Of a DNA stretch of 32,000 nt, positions 1-10,385 are shown in pieces. The DNA is taken from contig NZ_CP065581.1 of NCBI RefSeq assembly GCF_018389705.1, positions 540,001 to 572,000 on the forward strand, written 5' to 3'. The notes under the pieces were generated by a model. That model made no database searches, was not told the DNA's origin, and saw nothing but the letters and a program-made list of their open reading frames with translations. Positions within the stretch are counted from its first letter, which is position 1; the number at the start of each line of letters is the position of its first letter. Source of the DNA: Mycoplasma mycoides subsp. capri. GTDB taxonomy: Bacteria > Bacillota_I > Bacilli_A > Mycoplasmatales > Mycoplasmataceae. A program made the translations under genes and the position numbers.

Positions 1-228
1 TACTAATTTTTGTTTTGAAATTTTTCATAAAGCAATTGAAGTAAACTCATTTTGCATATCATTAATGATTTTGTCATGTTCAATTACTTTTTGAGCATCA
101 ATTAATTTGTTTTCTTCTTTAATTACAAGATAACTATTTGCATATTGAATTTTAGTTTCTTCTATCATATTTTCAATAAGTGATCTTAATTGGTCAAGAT
201 CGCGATCTAATATTTTATTACTTGACAT
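1..228 (-). CDS. phoU: PhoU-family phosphate transport regulator, partial (runs off window start)
   Basis: MSSNKILDRDLDQLRSLIENMIEETKIQYANSYLVIKEENKLIDAQKVIEHD is PhoU-like; it directly follows pstB. Confidence 0.8.
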
Positions 229-236
229 ATTATTTC

Positions 237-1046
237 CTATTCATATCTACCTGATATATAATTTTCAGTTCTTCTATCTTTTGGGTTTGTAAAGATTTTT
301 TTAGTTTTATTAAATTCAACTAATTCACCTTTTAAAAAGTATCCTGTATAATCACTTATTCTTGTAGCTTGTTGTAAAGAGTGAGTTACCATAACAATTG
401 TATAATCTTTTTTTAGATCTAAAACTAATTCTTCTACTTTTAAAGTAGCAATAGGATCTAGTGCACTTGTTGGTTCATCCATTAATAAAATTTTTGGTTT
501 CATAGCTATTGCTCTAGCTATACATAATCTTTGTTGCTGTCCACCAGATAATCCTAAAGCTGGTGAAGTTAAAATATCTTTAACTTCATCTCATAAAGCA
601 GCTTTAACTAATGATTCTTCACAAATTTGATCTAAGATTTTTTTATCTTTAATTCCTAAAGAACGTAATCCATAAACAACATTATCATAAATAGAAATTG
701 GAAATGGATTAGGTTTTTGAAATACCATTCCAACTTCAGTTCTTAATTTTGTAATATCAATATCTTTATCAAAAATATCTTTATCAAAAATTTTAATAAC
801 TCCAGACATTTTTACTCCATCAATCAAATCATTTAATCGATTAATAGATTTTAATAATGTGGTTTTACCACAACCTGAAGGTCCTATAAATGTAGTAATT
901 GATTTTTCTTTAATTTCCATATTTATATTAAATAAAGATTGGGTTTTTCCTTTGTTATAAAAAAAGTTAAAATCTTTAATTTCAATAGCAGTTTTTAAAG
1001 GTTCTTTTTTTGGTTTTGTATTAGTTATTAATTGTTCATTATTCAT
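237..1046 (-). CDS. pstB: Phosphate ABC transporter ATP-binding protein PstB
   Basis: ORFs 591..1046 and 237..503 are in one frame, joined through TGA=Trp. Walker [18 protein letters not shown] signature, Walker [14 protein letters not shown]. Confidence 0.95.
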
Positions 1047-3129
1047 AATTGTTATCTCTTTTTTTAAGTTTTTTATATTCTTTTTTATATTTAATAGTTT
1101 TTTTAATTTCTTTAAATAAATTAGTGATGTTAAGATATTTTTTTAAACTTTTAATAAACTGCTTTAAACTGTTTTTAAATAAATTAAGTTGTGTTTTATA
1201 AAATTGTTTATTGATAAAGTTTTTATAAATTTGTTTAAATTCAAATTTTACTTTTTTATTAGTTTTAACTAGTAATAATGAAAGTTTAGAACTTGATAAA
1301 TTTAAAGTTAAAACAAAAATAATTGTAATTAATGACATTAATCAAGCAATATCATTACCTTGACCAGGAGCTGATTCACTAGCTATTTTATAAATTCCTG
1401 TAGTTAAAGTTGATCCTGAAGATAAAAATCCTCTATCTGGATATTTAATAGCTGTACCTAAAGTTAAATAAATAGGAGCTGATTCACCAATAATTCTAGC
1501 CATAGCTAAAATAGTTCCAGTAATAATTGCTTGTAAGGCATTTGGTAAAACTATTTTAAATAAAGTTTTAGTTTTACTTAACCCTAAAGCAATAGCGGCT
1601 TCTCTATATGAAAGTGGAACTGAAGTTAAAGCATCTTCAAAATTTTTAATCAACATTGGTAAAACAACAATTGTCATTGTAATTGATGCTGAAAAAATTG
1701 AAAAAGGTAATTTTAAATAAATAATAAATACAGATAATCCAAAAATTCCAAAAATAATTGATGGAGTTGAAGCTGCTAGATTTAATAAAAATCTAAAAAA
1801 CTTAGCAAAATAAGAATTTTTATTAGCAAACTCACTAAGATAAATAGCACAAGCTAAAGCTAAAGGTATAGCAAATAATAACGTACATAATATTAATAAT
1901 AATGTAGTTAGAATGGCTGCAAATATTCCATCTTCACCTTCAATAGTTAAAAATGCTTCACTATATTTTAAACTTGATAGCCCATTAAATATAGTTGTAA
2001 ATACTATTCAAAAAGTAAACATAATTACAAAACTAATTGATAGTCACATTAAAACTAACATAATAGTTGAATAAATCTTTTTAAATAATTTGTTTTCAGC
2101 TCTATTAGTAATAATTTGATTTAGTGTTTGTTTTTGATAAAGTTTAATATGCTTTATTTTATGAGTTTTTTTATTTTTAAATAAAACTAAATGAATTTTT
2201 TTTGAAATTGAATTTTTATTTGAAACAAATAAAATCAAAAGATTAATAATAAATACTAAAATAAATAAAAACATTCCAATAGCATATAATGCAGATTCAT
2301 GTAAACTACTACTATTTTCTAACATTTCTAATCCAATAGTTGAAGATAATGTTCTAATTGATGAAAATAAAAATCCAGAAACTCCATTGTTTGTATCAAA
2401 TCAAGCAGTTGAATTACCAGCAATCATCATTATAGCCATAGTTTCACCAATTACTCTAGCCATTCCTAAAATAACAGCTGAAATAATTTTTGGTGTTGCT
2501 GATTTTCTAATAATATTAAATGTTGTTTTTTCTTTTGAAATTCCTAAAGCAAGTGAAGCATCTCTATAAATAAAAGGAACAGATTTAATAGCATCATAAC
2601 TTAAACTAATCATAATTGGTATTGCCATAAAAGCCATAGTTAAAGAAGCTACCATTAAATTATCATTACTTGAAGCTCCCATTAGTTTAAATAAAGCCCC
2701 AATTTGTTCTCTTGCAAACAACCCAAAAACAACACTAGGAATACCAGCTAGTAATTTAATAATTGTTATTGTAACTTTTTGAGATTTTAATGTTAAATAT
2801 TCTGAAATAAAAAAACTTGTAAAAATTGTTAAAGGTACAGCAATTAACATTGAAATAAAAATTAAAATCAATGTCATTAATGTTATAGTTAGTATTCCAA
2901 ATTCTTTAGAATCTGGACTTCAATTTTTACCAAATACAAATTCAAAAAAAGATTGTTTATTAAATAAAACATTAGTTTTAATCATTACAAAACCTAATAA
3001 AATAACTAATGCTAGTAAAACAAAAATAGTTAATGTAATAATAATAGATTTTAAACAAACAAAACTAGTTTCTTTTTTTTGTTTTATCATTCGAAACTGA
3101 ACATTATTTGTTATTTTTTTAAATAACAT
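1039..3129 (-). CDS. pstA: Phosphate ABC transporter permease, PstC-PstA fusion (about 696 aa)
   Basis: Five ORF pieces (starts 3129, 2877, 2325, 1677, 1338) share one frame. Two permease domains are visible: PstC-like [19 protein letters not shown] and PstA-like [28 protein letters not shown]. Stop overlaps the pstB start. Confidence 0.88.
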
Positions 3130-3179
3130 ATATTAACCTACTTTTTTCTAATAATACTATTCATATTAATTTTTTATTA

Positions 3180-4310
3180 CTAATTAGATATTTTTCTAAT
3201 TAAACCTAAATGATCATATATTTTTTTAACCTTTTGATCATTTGAATAACTAAATCAATAAACAAAATCTAAAATATCATCATTTAATTTTTGATTATCT
3301 GTAAATTTATATAAAGCAACAAAAGGTCTACTTAATGGATAAGTTAACAGATTGTCACTTCTTTTATTTAAATTTCATTCTTGATTATTTTGTTTAATAA
3401 TTACTGATCTTAAATTAGGATATTTTTTTAAATCTTGAGCATATTGCATAGAAACAAACCCAAATGAACCATCAGAAGCATCTAGTTGTGTAAAAATAGC
3501 TCCATTTGAATTATATTCATTAACTGCCTGACCAATTTTTTTATTATTGTCTTTTAGTCCTGAGATTTGTTCAAATGAACTTCTAGTTCCAGATCCACTA
3601 TTTGTTGAATATGGTCTGACTTTAATTAAACTACTAATATTATTTTCATCTTTATTAGTTAGTAGTTTATAAAATTCTTTTCAACTAATTAAATCAGATT
3701 GTTTATTATTTGTATAAATTTTATGTAATGCTTTTTGAGAATCACTACTAATTTTATTATTTAAAACATTGAACTTAATTTGATCAATTTGTTGATTTGT
3801 TAAACCTGTATTTTTAATATTATAAACAAACACAATTGAATCTTTTACAAAATCAATGTAATGGTATTTATCTTTAAGAGTTTTTAAATGATTAAAAACT
3901 TGTTTTTTTGATAATTCATCATTAATTTTTTTAAACTCAGTTAGATCATCATATAAATTATTTCTAATTTCTTTTGGAATTGAAAGATCATTTTGAGATT
4001 TTGAAACAAATCCAATACTATAAGTTTGATTAATTACATTTCTAGCACCAGCTCCAGAACCAGTTGAAGAATAATTAAACTTCTTATTAGTTTGTTTTTG
4101 ATATTCTTTAATTAATTTTTGTAGTACTAAATCAGCACTAGCACTACCACCAATATTAATTAAATTAGATTTAATTGAAACAAAAGTTCATATTCAGATT
4201 GAAACAATAAAAAGCACACAAAGATTTAAAAATAATAAAGACTTTTTATTTGTAAAAAAATGCTTAAATTGCTTTTTGGTTTTATTGTCTGATTTTTTAA
4301 TTTTTTGCAT
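3180..4310 (-). CDS. pstS: Phosphate ABC transporter substrate-binding protein (PstS-like)
   Basis: Read with TGA=Trp: MQKIKKSDNKTKKQFKHFFTNKK...INIGGSGSASADLVLQKLIKEYQKQ...FNYSSTGSGAGARNVINQTYSIGFVSK; typical phosphate-binding motifs and immediately upstream of the permease. Confidence 0.88.
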
Positions 4311-4401
4311 TAAAAACTCCTAATAATAAAGATTAACTATTTTAGTAATTATAACAAATTGAACTATTATTAATATTTAGTTAATTTTACAAGTTTAATT
4401 A

Positions 4402-4842
4402 TCAATCTTTAAGATTTCTTTTTGCAATTTTATATCTAAATTTTATATATTTAATTTGCCTTTTTTTATTTTTATAATTTAATTTGGCCAATTTAAAAAT
4501 TTGTTTTAGTTGTTCTTTTTCTAAATTATTTTTTGATCTTAAAGCTTTTTTATACTTTTTATGATGTTTTTCAAGTTCAATTTTTGCTACGGTTTTTTTA
4601 GCATAAGCTAGTTTTAATTCAGTTCTAATTTTTTCAACTAGTTCAGATTGAGTTAGTACTTGATCAAAGTTATAAGTTTTTATTAAACGATCTTTTTCAT
4701 TAAAAATTTCTAGAATAGCTTTTTGTTTTTTTGCCATTCTAATAGCTAGATTGACTGCTTTACTATAATTTAAAAAAGAGCCATTTTCATCTTTTTTAAC
4801 AGCAAGTTTTTTATCACTAACTTTTTTTATGCTTCAGTTCAT
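4402..4842 (-). CDS. Small conserved hypothetical protein: DUF2188-like N-terminus and Lys-rich helical C-terminus
   Basis: ORF 4402..4737 extends upstream through TGA/sense codons to ATG at 4842: MNWSIKKVSDKKLAVKKDENGSFLNYSKAVNLAIRMAKKQKAILEIFNEKDRLIKTYNF... Confidence 0.65.
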
Positions 4843-4924
4843 AATAACACCAATTCATATTATTATTTTATATTAATTAATATAAAATAAAAAAACTTGG
4901 AATAATCCAAGTTTATTAATCGAT

Positions 4925-5009
4925 TGGTGCCCTTTATCGGGGTCGAACCGATACGAATTTCTTCGTTAGATTTTGAGTCTAATGCGTCTGCCAATTCCGC
5001 CAAAAGGGC
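4925..5009 (-). tRNA. tRNA-Leu (anticodon CAA), CCA encoded
   Basis: Reverse complement GCCCTTTTGGCGGAATTGGCAGACGCATTAGACTCAAAATCTAACGAAGAAATTCGTATCGGTTCGACCCCGATAAAGGGCACCA. Acceptor GCCCTTT/AAAGGGC, T-loop GGTTCGACCC, anticodon stem TTAGA-CTCAAAA-TCTAA. Confidence 0.95.
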
Positions 5010-5030
5010 TTAATAATAAATTTATTATAT

Positions 5031-5054
5031 AAAAAAAATATGACAAATGTCATA
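5031..5054 (-). terminator. Rho-independent terminator downstream of rpmB
   Basis: Self-complementary TATGACAAATGTCATA (5039..5054) adjoining an A8 run at 5031-5038, which is a U-run on the minus strand. Confidence 0.7.
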
Positions 5055-5072
5055 CTATTATTATTTTACTTA

Positions 5073-5270
5073 TTAAACGATTTTTTCTTGTTTTTTTAGA
5101 GTTCTTAATGTTCTAGCAGATACTTTGATATTAAATACACTACCATTTTCATCCATTACTCTAACCTTTTGTAGATTTAAGTTTCATTTTCTTTTAGTTG
5201 CATTTAATGCGTGTGATCTTGATTGACCTGATAAAGCACTTTTACCAGTTAATGCATCTCTTCTTGCCAT
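5073..5270 (-). CDS. rpmB: 50S ribosomal protein L28
   Basis: Translation [65 protein letters not shown] (one TGA=Trp). Confidence 0.95.
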
Positions 5271-5437
5271 AAACTTCACCTCTTAATTCTAAAAATTAAC
5301 CATACTATTAAATAGTACTATATTTATTTTAAAATTCAATAAATTATCTATTTATAAAATAATATTTGCTAATTTTGTTAACAAATAATTATATTTTTTT
5401 ATGTTAAAATAATTAAGATGAAAGATAGGTGTTTTTT

Positions 5438-5749
5438 GTGAGTACAATTGATGAATTTGTTGTTCAAACAATAAGAGAAGCCGTTATTACAGTACCTGGT
5501 GTAGTAGGGCTTGCTAACTTTTCAGCAAACAATAAAAAAGACCTGTCTACAAACGACATTCACAAAGCTATTGAATTTGTAATAGATAAAAATATACAGC
5601 ACTTTAAAATTCATGTTATTTTACTTTATGGAGTTAATATTTTAGATATTTTAAAAGAAATTCAGATTCGCATTAAATATGAATTAGAAAAGAATTTTAA
5701 AAATAATATTGAACATAAAGTTGATGTAATTGTTGAAGATTTAATCTAA
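5438..5749 (+). CDS. Asp23/Gls24 family protein (YloU-like)
   Basis: STIDEFVVQTIREAVITVPGVVGLANF...FKIHVILLYGVNILDILKEIQIRIKYELE. GTG start at 5438 is preceded by AGGTG; the ORF track starts at an earlier GTG (5429). Followed by the yloV/fakA-like gene. Confidence 0.85.
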   Translation: MSTIDEFVVQTIREAVITVPGVVGLANFSANNKKDLSTNDIHKAIEFVIDKNIQHFKIHVILLYGVNILDILKEIQIRIKYELEKNFKNNIEHKVDVIVEDLI

Positions 5750-5773
5750 AAAAATAAGAAAGATCTGAGTAAA

Positions 5774-7417
5774 ATGAAAAAATTAGAATTATTAAAAAAC
5801 ATGATCACAAGTGGAGTTAATAATCTATACAATCATTATCCACAAATAGATAAATTAAATGTCTTTCCAGTTCCTGATGGAGATACTGGAACTAATATGA
5901 ATCTTACTGCTACAAATGGTTATAATGAAGTCATTGATGTTGAATATGAAAGCATTGGCAAATTCTTATCAGCTTTTTCTAGAGGACTAATAATGGGAGC
6001 TAGAGGTAATTCTGGAGTTATTTTTAGTCAAATTATTAAAGGTTTATCACTTGGAATGAATAATGCTAAAGAATTATCTGTAAGTGAATGAAAATCTGGA
6101 TTTAGTAAAGCTAGTGAAATTGCTTATAAAGCTGTTATGAAACCAGTTGAAGGAACAATTTTAACAGTTATCAGAGAAACTAGTGAAAAAGTTAGCCAAC
6201 TTGCTGATGATACTGATATTAAAGATTTTTGAAAACAAGTAGTTAAAAACGCTAATCAATCTTTAGAAAATACACCAAACTTATTACCATTATTAAAAGA
6301 AGTTGGGGTTGTTGATTCTGGTGGTTATGGATTAGTTAAGTTTTTAGAAGGTATTGAATACTACGTTTTAAATGATCAAATTGTTAACAAACTAGATAAA
6401 TTAGAAGTTAATAACGGTGGAAATATTGATATGCAAATTGAAGAAGAATTTGGATATTGTACTGAAGCTATTGTTATGTTAAATGATGATTGAATTAATA
6501 AATTACAAAACTCAGTCATTAGAGATCAATTACAAATTTTTGGAAATACTTCTATAGTTGTAGTTGTTGATAATGATATTTTAAAAGTACATACTCACTC
6601 GCTTTCACCAGGTCAAGTTTTACAATTTTTACAACAATATGGAGATTTTCAAACTCTAAAAATTGAAAACATGAACTTACAAGCTAATAAGCAAGTAAAA
6701 AATAAAGATCAAAAATGAAAAGAAAACTCAGATATTAAAACTGAAAGAAAACTTATTAATGAAACTGCAATTATTTCAGTAGTTTCTAGTGAAAAACAAA
6801 AACGTTATTTTGAAGATGAATTAGGAATTGCTTTTGCAATTAATGCAGGAGCAAAAATGAATCCTTCAACTGAAGACTTTTTACAAGCAATAGAAACAGT
6901 TGATGCTAAAACAGTATTTTTACTACCAAATAGTAGTAATGTTTATTTAACTGCAAAACAAGCTGAAAAAATAGAAAATAAATCAAAAATTTATGTAATT
7001 CAAACTAAAACTATTCAACAAGGAATGGTTGCTGCTTTAAGTTTTGATCCTTCATTAACAGCTTCAAAAAATTACTCATATCTATCTAAATCATTTAGAA
7101 ATGTAGTTTCATTTAATATTACTAAAGCTGAAAAAAATACAACTTATAATGGAATTGAAATTCAAAAAGATAATTTATTAGCAATTGTTGATAATAATAT
7201 TATTGGAGCTGAACAAACATTAGAAGCAATTTTTGATAAACAGCTATCAAAATATATTAAAAGTAAAACTGAAATTATTACAATTTTTGTTGGTGGAGAA
7301 ACTAATGAACAAGATTTAGTTCAACTAAGAAAATTCTTAGATGAAGGTTATGATGTTGAATATGAAATTGTTGATGGTGGTCAAGAAACTTATAATTTAT
7401 TAATAGCAATAGAATAA
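5774..7417 (+). CDS. fakA: DAK2 domain protein, fatty acid kinase catalytic subunit FakA/YloV-like
   Basis: [17 protein letters not shown] and [16 protein letters not shown] motifs. ORFs 5774..6091 and 6857..7417 are in frame, joined by TGA codons. Confidence 0.88.
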
Positions 7418-7436
7418 TCCCTTATAGGGATTTTTT
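7416..7436 (+). terminator. Intrinsic terminator or attenuator hairpin between fakA-like gene and plsX
   Basis: AATCCCT-tat-AGGGATT followed by a T-run; the plsX Shine-Dalgarno (AAGGAG) follows immediately. Confidence 0.6.
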
Positions 7437-7449
7437 AAAAGGAGTAATT

Positions 7450-8454
7450 ATGTATAAAATAGCTTTTGATGTAATGGGTTCTGATTTAGGAAGTTTAACA
7501 GCTATAAAAGCAGCTAGTGAATTTATAAAAGAACATGATGATTTATATTTAGTTTTAGTTGGAGATGAAACTGAAATTAATCAAGCTTTACAACAAACTC
7601 CAATAGATAAAACAAAATATGAAATTTTTCCAACAACTCAAGTAATTGATATGAATGGATCAATTTTAGATATTAGAAGAAAAAAAGATGCATCTATTAT
7701 TAGAACTTTAGAACTTGTAAGAGATCAAAAAGTTGATGGAATGTTAACAGGTGGAAATTCAGCTGCTTTTATAGGTGCTGCACATTTTATTTTAGGTGAA
7801 CTAAATAACATCGTTCGTGCTGGATTTATGCCAACAATGCCTAATGCTAAAAATAAATTAACTTTACTATTAGATGTTGGTGCAAATAGTGAAAATACAC
7901 CTGAAGATCTAGTAAATTATGCAAAAATGGCAAATATTTATTATAAAGAAGTATTAAAAAATCCAAATGCTTCTATTGGGTTATTAAATATTGGAACTGA
8001 AAAATCAAAAGGTCTAGAATTACAAAAACAAACTTTTAAACAATTAGAAGAATTAAAAAATATTAATTTTATTGGAAATGTTGAATCTAGAGATGTATTA
8101 ACTGGTAATGTTGATATTATTGTAACTGATGGTTATAGCGGAAATATTTGTTTAAAGGCTTGTGAAGGTGCTGCTAAAGTTTTATTAACTGAAATTAAAA
8201 AAGAGATTACTTCATCATTTATTAAAAAACTAGCTAGTTTAGTTTTAAAAAAATCATTTAAAAATGTTGCTGCTAAATTTGATTATAGAAATCACGCTGG
8301 AGCTATTTTATTAGGTGTTAAAGGAATTTGTTTTAAATCTCATGGTTCAAGTGATGTTAGATCATTTAAAGCAACATTAAGAATGACACTTGATGCAATC
8401 AAAAATGACATTGTTAAAAAAATAGAAAAAGGATTAATAGAAAATGAATATTAA
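7450..8454 (+). CDS. plsX: Phosphate acyltransferase PlsX
   Basis: [26 protein letters not shown]...[35 protein letters not shown]. Confidence 0.95.
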
Positions 8455-9142
8455 AAACTTTTTTGAAAAATATAACATAAAGATTAATAATGAAAAACTC
8501 TTTAATGAAGCTTTAACTCATAATTCTTATGCTAATGAACATAAATTAAAATATTCTTATCAAAGATTGGAATTTTTAGGTGATGCAATTTTACAAATGT
8601 ATGTATCAAGATTTTTATTTTTTAATTATTCTAAATTAAGTGAAGGTGAATTAACTAGACTAAGAGCAAGTACAGTAAGAGAAGAAACTTTATTTAGAGT
8701 TGCAAAAGATATTAATTTAGGTGCATTAGTAAAGTTAGGGCATGGTGAATATATTACTAAAGGTTATGAAAAACCATCAATTTTAGCTGATGTGTTTGAA
8801 GCTTTAACTGCTGCTATTTATTTAGATCAAAAAGAAGATGGATTAGTAACTTGATTAGATCAGACTTTGTTTAAATATATTAAAGATTCTAATTTTATTA
8901 ATGATACAAAAGATTTTAAATCTGAATTACAAGAATTATTACAATCAGAAAAAAGAAGTGATTTAAAATACATTATTGAAAAAGAAGATTTTTTTGCTAA
9001 TGAAAACAAAATCTTATATACAGTTAGTGTTAATTTAAATGGTCAAAAATTTGGAGTAGGTAAAGGTTTTTCAAAACAAGAAGCAGAACAAAATGCTGCT
9101 AGTGATTGTTTATCAAAACTAAAAAAACCAACAAGCAATTAA
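8444..9142 (+). CDS. rnc: Ribonuclease III
   Basis: RNase III signature [19 protein letters not shown] and C-terminal dsRNA-binding domain ([21 protein letters not shown]). ORFs 8444..8854 and 8867..9142 are in frame; start overlaps the plsX end. Confidence 0.95.
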
Positions 9143-9160
9143 AAGAACATAAGTTCTTTT
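9141..9160 (+). terminator. Intrinsic terminator after rnc
   Basis: AAAAGAAC-ataa-GTTCTTTT followed by more T residues. Confidence 0.7.
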
Positions 9161-9273
9161 TTTGTTTTTTGTAAATGTTTTCTTATTTAAAGATAAAACA
9201 GTAAGTTTTAAAATACCATAGTAAAATAATTATACAAACATAAACAAGTAATCTATTAAAGGAAGTGATAATA

Positions 9274-9729
9274 ATGTATAAAAAATATAGTTATAAAGAT
9301 ATCTCAGATTGATTCTTAGCAAAAGAAAGTATGACTCATAAAAAATTACAAAAATTAACTTATTATGCTGAGGCTTGATCTTGAGCATTACTTAAACATG
9401 GTATTTTAAATGACACTGCCTTTCAAGCATGAATTCATGGTCCTGTTTCACCAGAATTATGAGAAGTTTATAAAAACTATGGCTGAAATGATATTCCTAA
9501 AAAAGATCTTAGAAATGATTATTTATTTGATGAAAAAACATTAGATGTATTAGATGCGGTTTGAACTACTTATGGTCAAAAATCAGGATATGAATTAGAA
9601 TGCTTATCACATTCTGAAGATCCTTGAAAAAAGGCAAGAAATGGGTTACTTGAGTTTCAACCATCTAATAATGTAATTAATTCAGAAGATATGAAAATTT
9701 ATTACACTAGCATTTATAATGGTGATTAA
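9274..9729 (+). CDS. Panacea (DUF4065/SocA-GepA-like) domain protein, putative antitoxin
   Basis: Read with TGA=Trp: MYKKYSYKDISDWFLAKESMTHKKLQKLTYYAEAWSWALLKHGILNDTAFQAWIHGPVSPELWEVYKNYGWNDIPKKDLRNDYLFDEKTLDVLDAVWTTYGQKSGYELECLSHSEDPWKKARNGLLEFQPSNNVINSEDMKIYYTSIYNGD*. The LQKLTYYAEAWSWAL and AWIHGPVSPELW motifs are characteristic. GGAAG ribosome-binding site upstream of ATG. Absent from the supplied ORF track. Confidence 0.88.
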
Positions 9730-9731
9730 GA

Positions 9732-10121
9732 TTGAATAAAAATAAGAAAATATTATCTAATAATTCAAAAATAAGTACAAGCCCCAAGCTTTTCAAAAAA
9801 GATATTTTTTTCAAAATTGCAATTGTACATAAATTGGATAATGGGTTTGATTTTAAATCATTAACAATTGAAGGTATAAAAGAATTTCATAATTTTATAA
9901 ATGAAATTTTAAATAAAAAGATGACCATTTCTCAAGTAGAAAATTTATATATGAGAAAGACTTCAAATCCATTTAATAATAGAACTGTAGATCAGCAAAT
10001 TGAAATTCGTGAAATCCATTTAGGAAAAAATAGACAACCTTTTAGATTATTTGGTTATTTTAATGATGATAATTATTTTGTATTAACTAAAATAGATCCT
10101 AATCATCTTTTTCATGAATAA
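9732..10121 (+). CDS. Putative toxin partner of the Panacea-domain antitoxin (small basic protein)
   Basis: 129-aa ORF with TTG start 2 nt after the antitoxin stop; ends IREIHLGKNRQPFRLFGYFNDDNYFVLTKIDPNHLFHE. Coupled with a Panacea gene in a two-gene unit. Toxin role inferred from context. Confidence 0.65.
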   Translation: MNKNKKILSNNSKISTSPKLFKKDIFFKIAIVHKLDNGFDFKSLTIEGIKEFHNFINEILNKKMTISQVENLYMRKTSNPFNNRTVDQQIEIREIHLGKNRQPFRLFGYFNDDNYFVLTKIDPNHLFHE

Positions 10122-10187
10122 TTTATAAAATAAATTTTATATCAAAATTTTTACTAATAAATATTAAAAAAACTAGTAATCAATAGA

Positions 10188-10230
10188 AAAAATAGTGTTA
10201 TTTAGATTTAATTCTATTAACACTATTTTT
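10188..10230 (+). terminator. Intrinsic terminator after the toxin-antitoxin candidate (possibly bidirectional)
   Basis: 13-nt perfect arms AAAAATAGTGTTA (10188-10200) and TAACACTATTTTT (10218-10230). Confidence 0.7.
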
Positions 10231-10385
10231 ATTTTGTTTAATATCTAATATAATGTGTTTTTAAGCAAGTATAAGTTGTTTAAAAATATCAAATAAAATT
10301 ATCTCATTTAAAAGTTTATTTTTTAGAATTTTTATCAAAAACCATAGAGTTTTTATACACTAGTTTATTTTGTTATTTTTTAAAA

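Noticed and set aside
2387-2569. Plus-strand ORF of 60 aa
   Set aside because: Antisense to the pstC-pstA coding frame; no recognisable domain or ribosome-binding site. Likely a chance ORF.
5012-5030. AT-only palindrome ATAATAAATTTATTAT between the tRNA and the rpmB terminator
   Set aside because: Likely chance self-complementarity in extremely AT-rich DNA; no T-run or GC pairs to support function.
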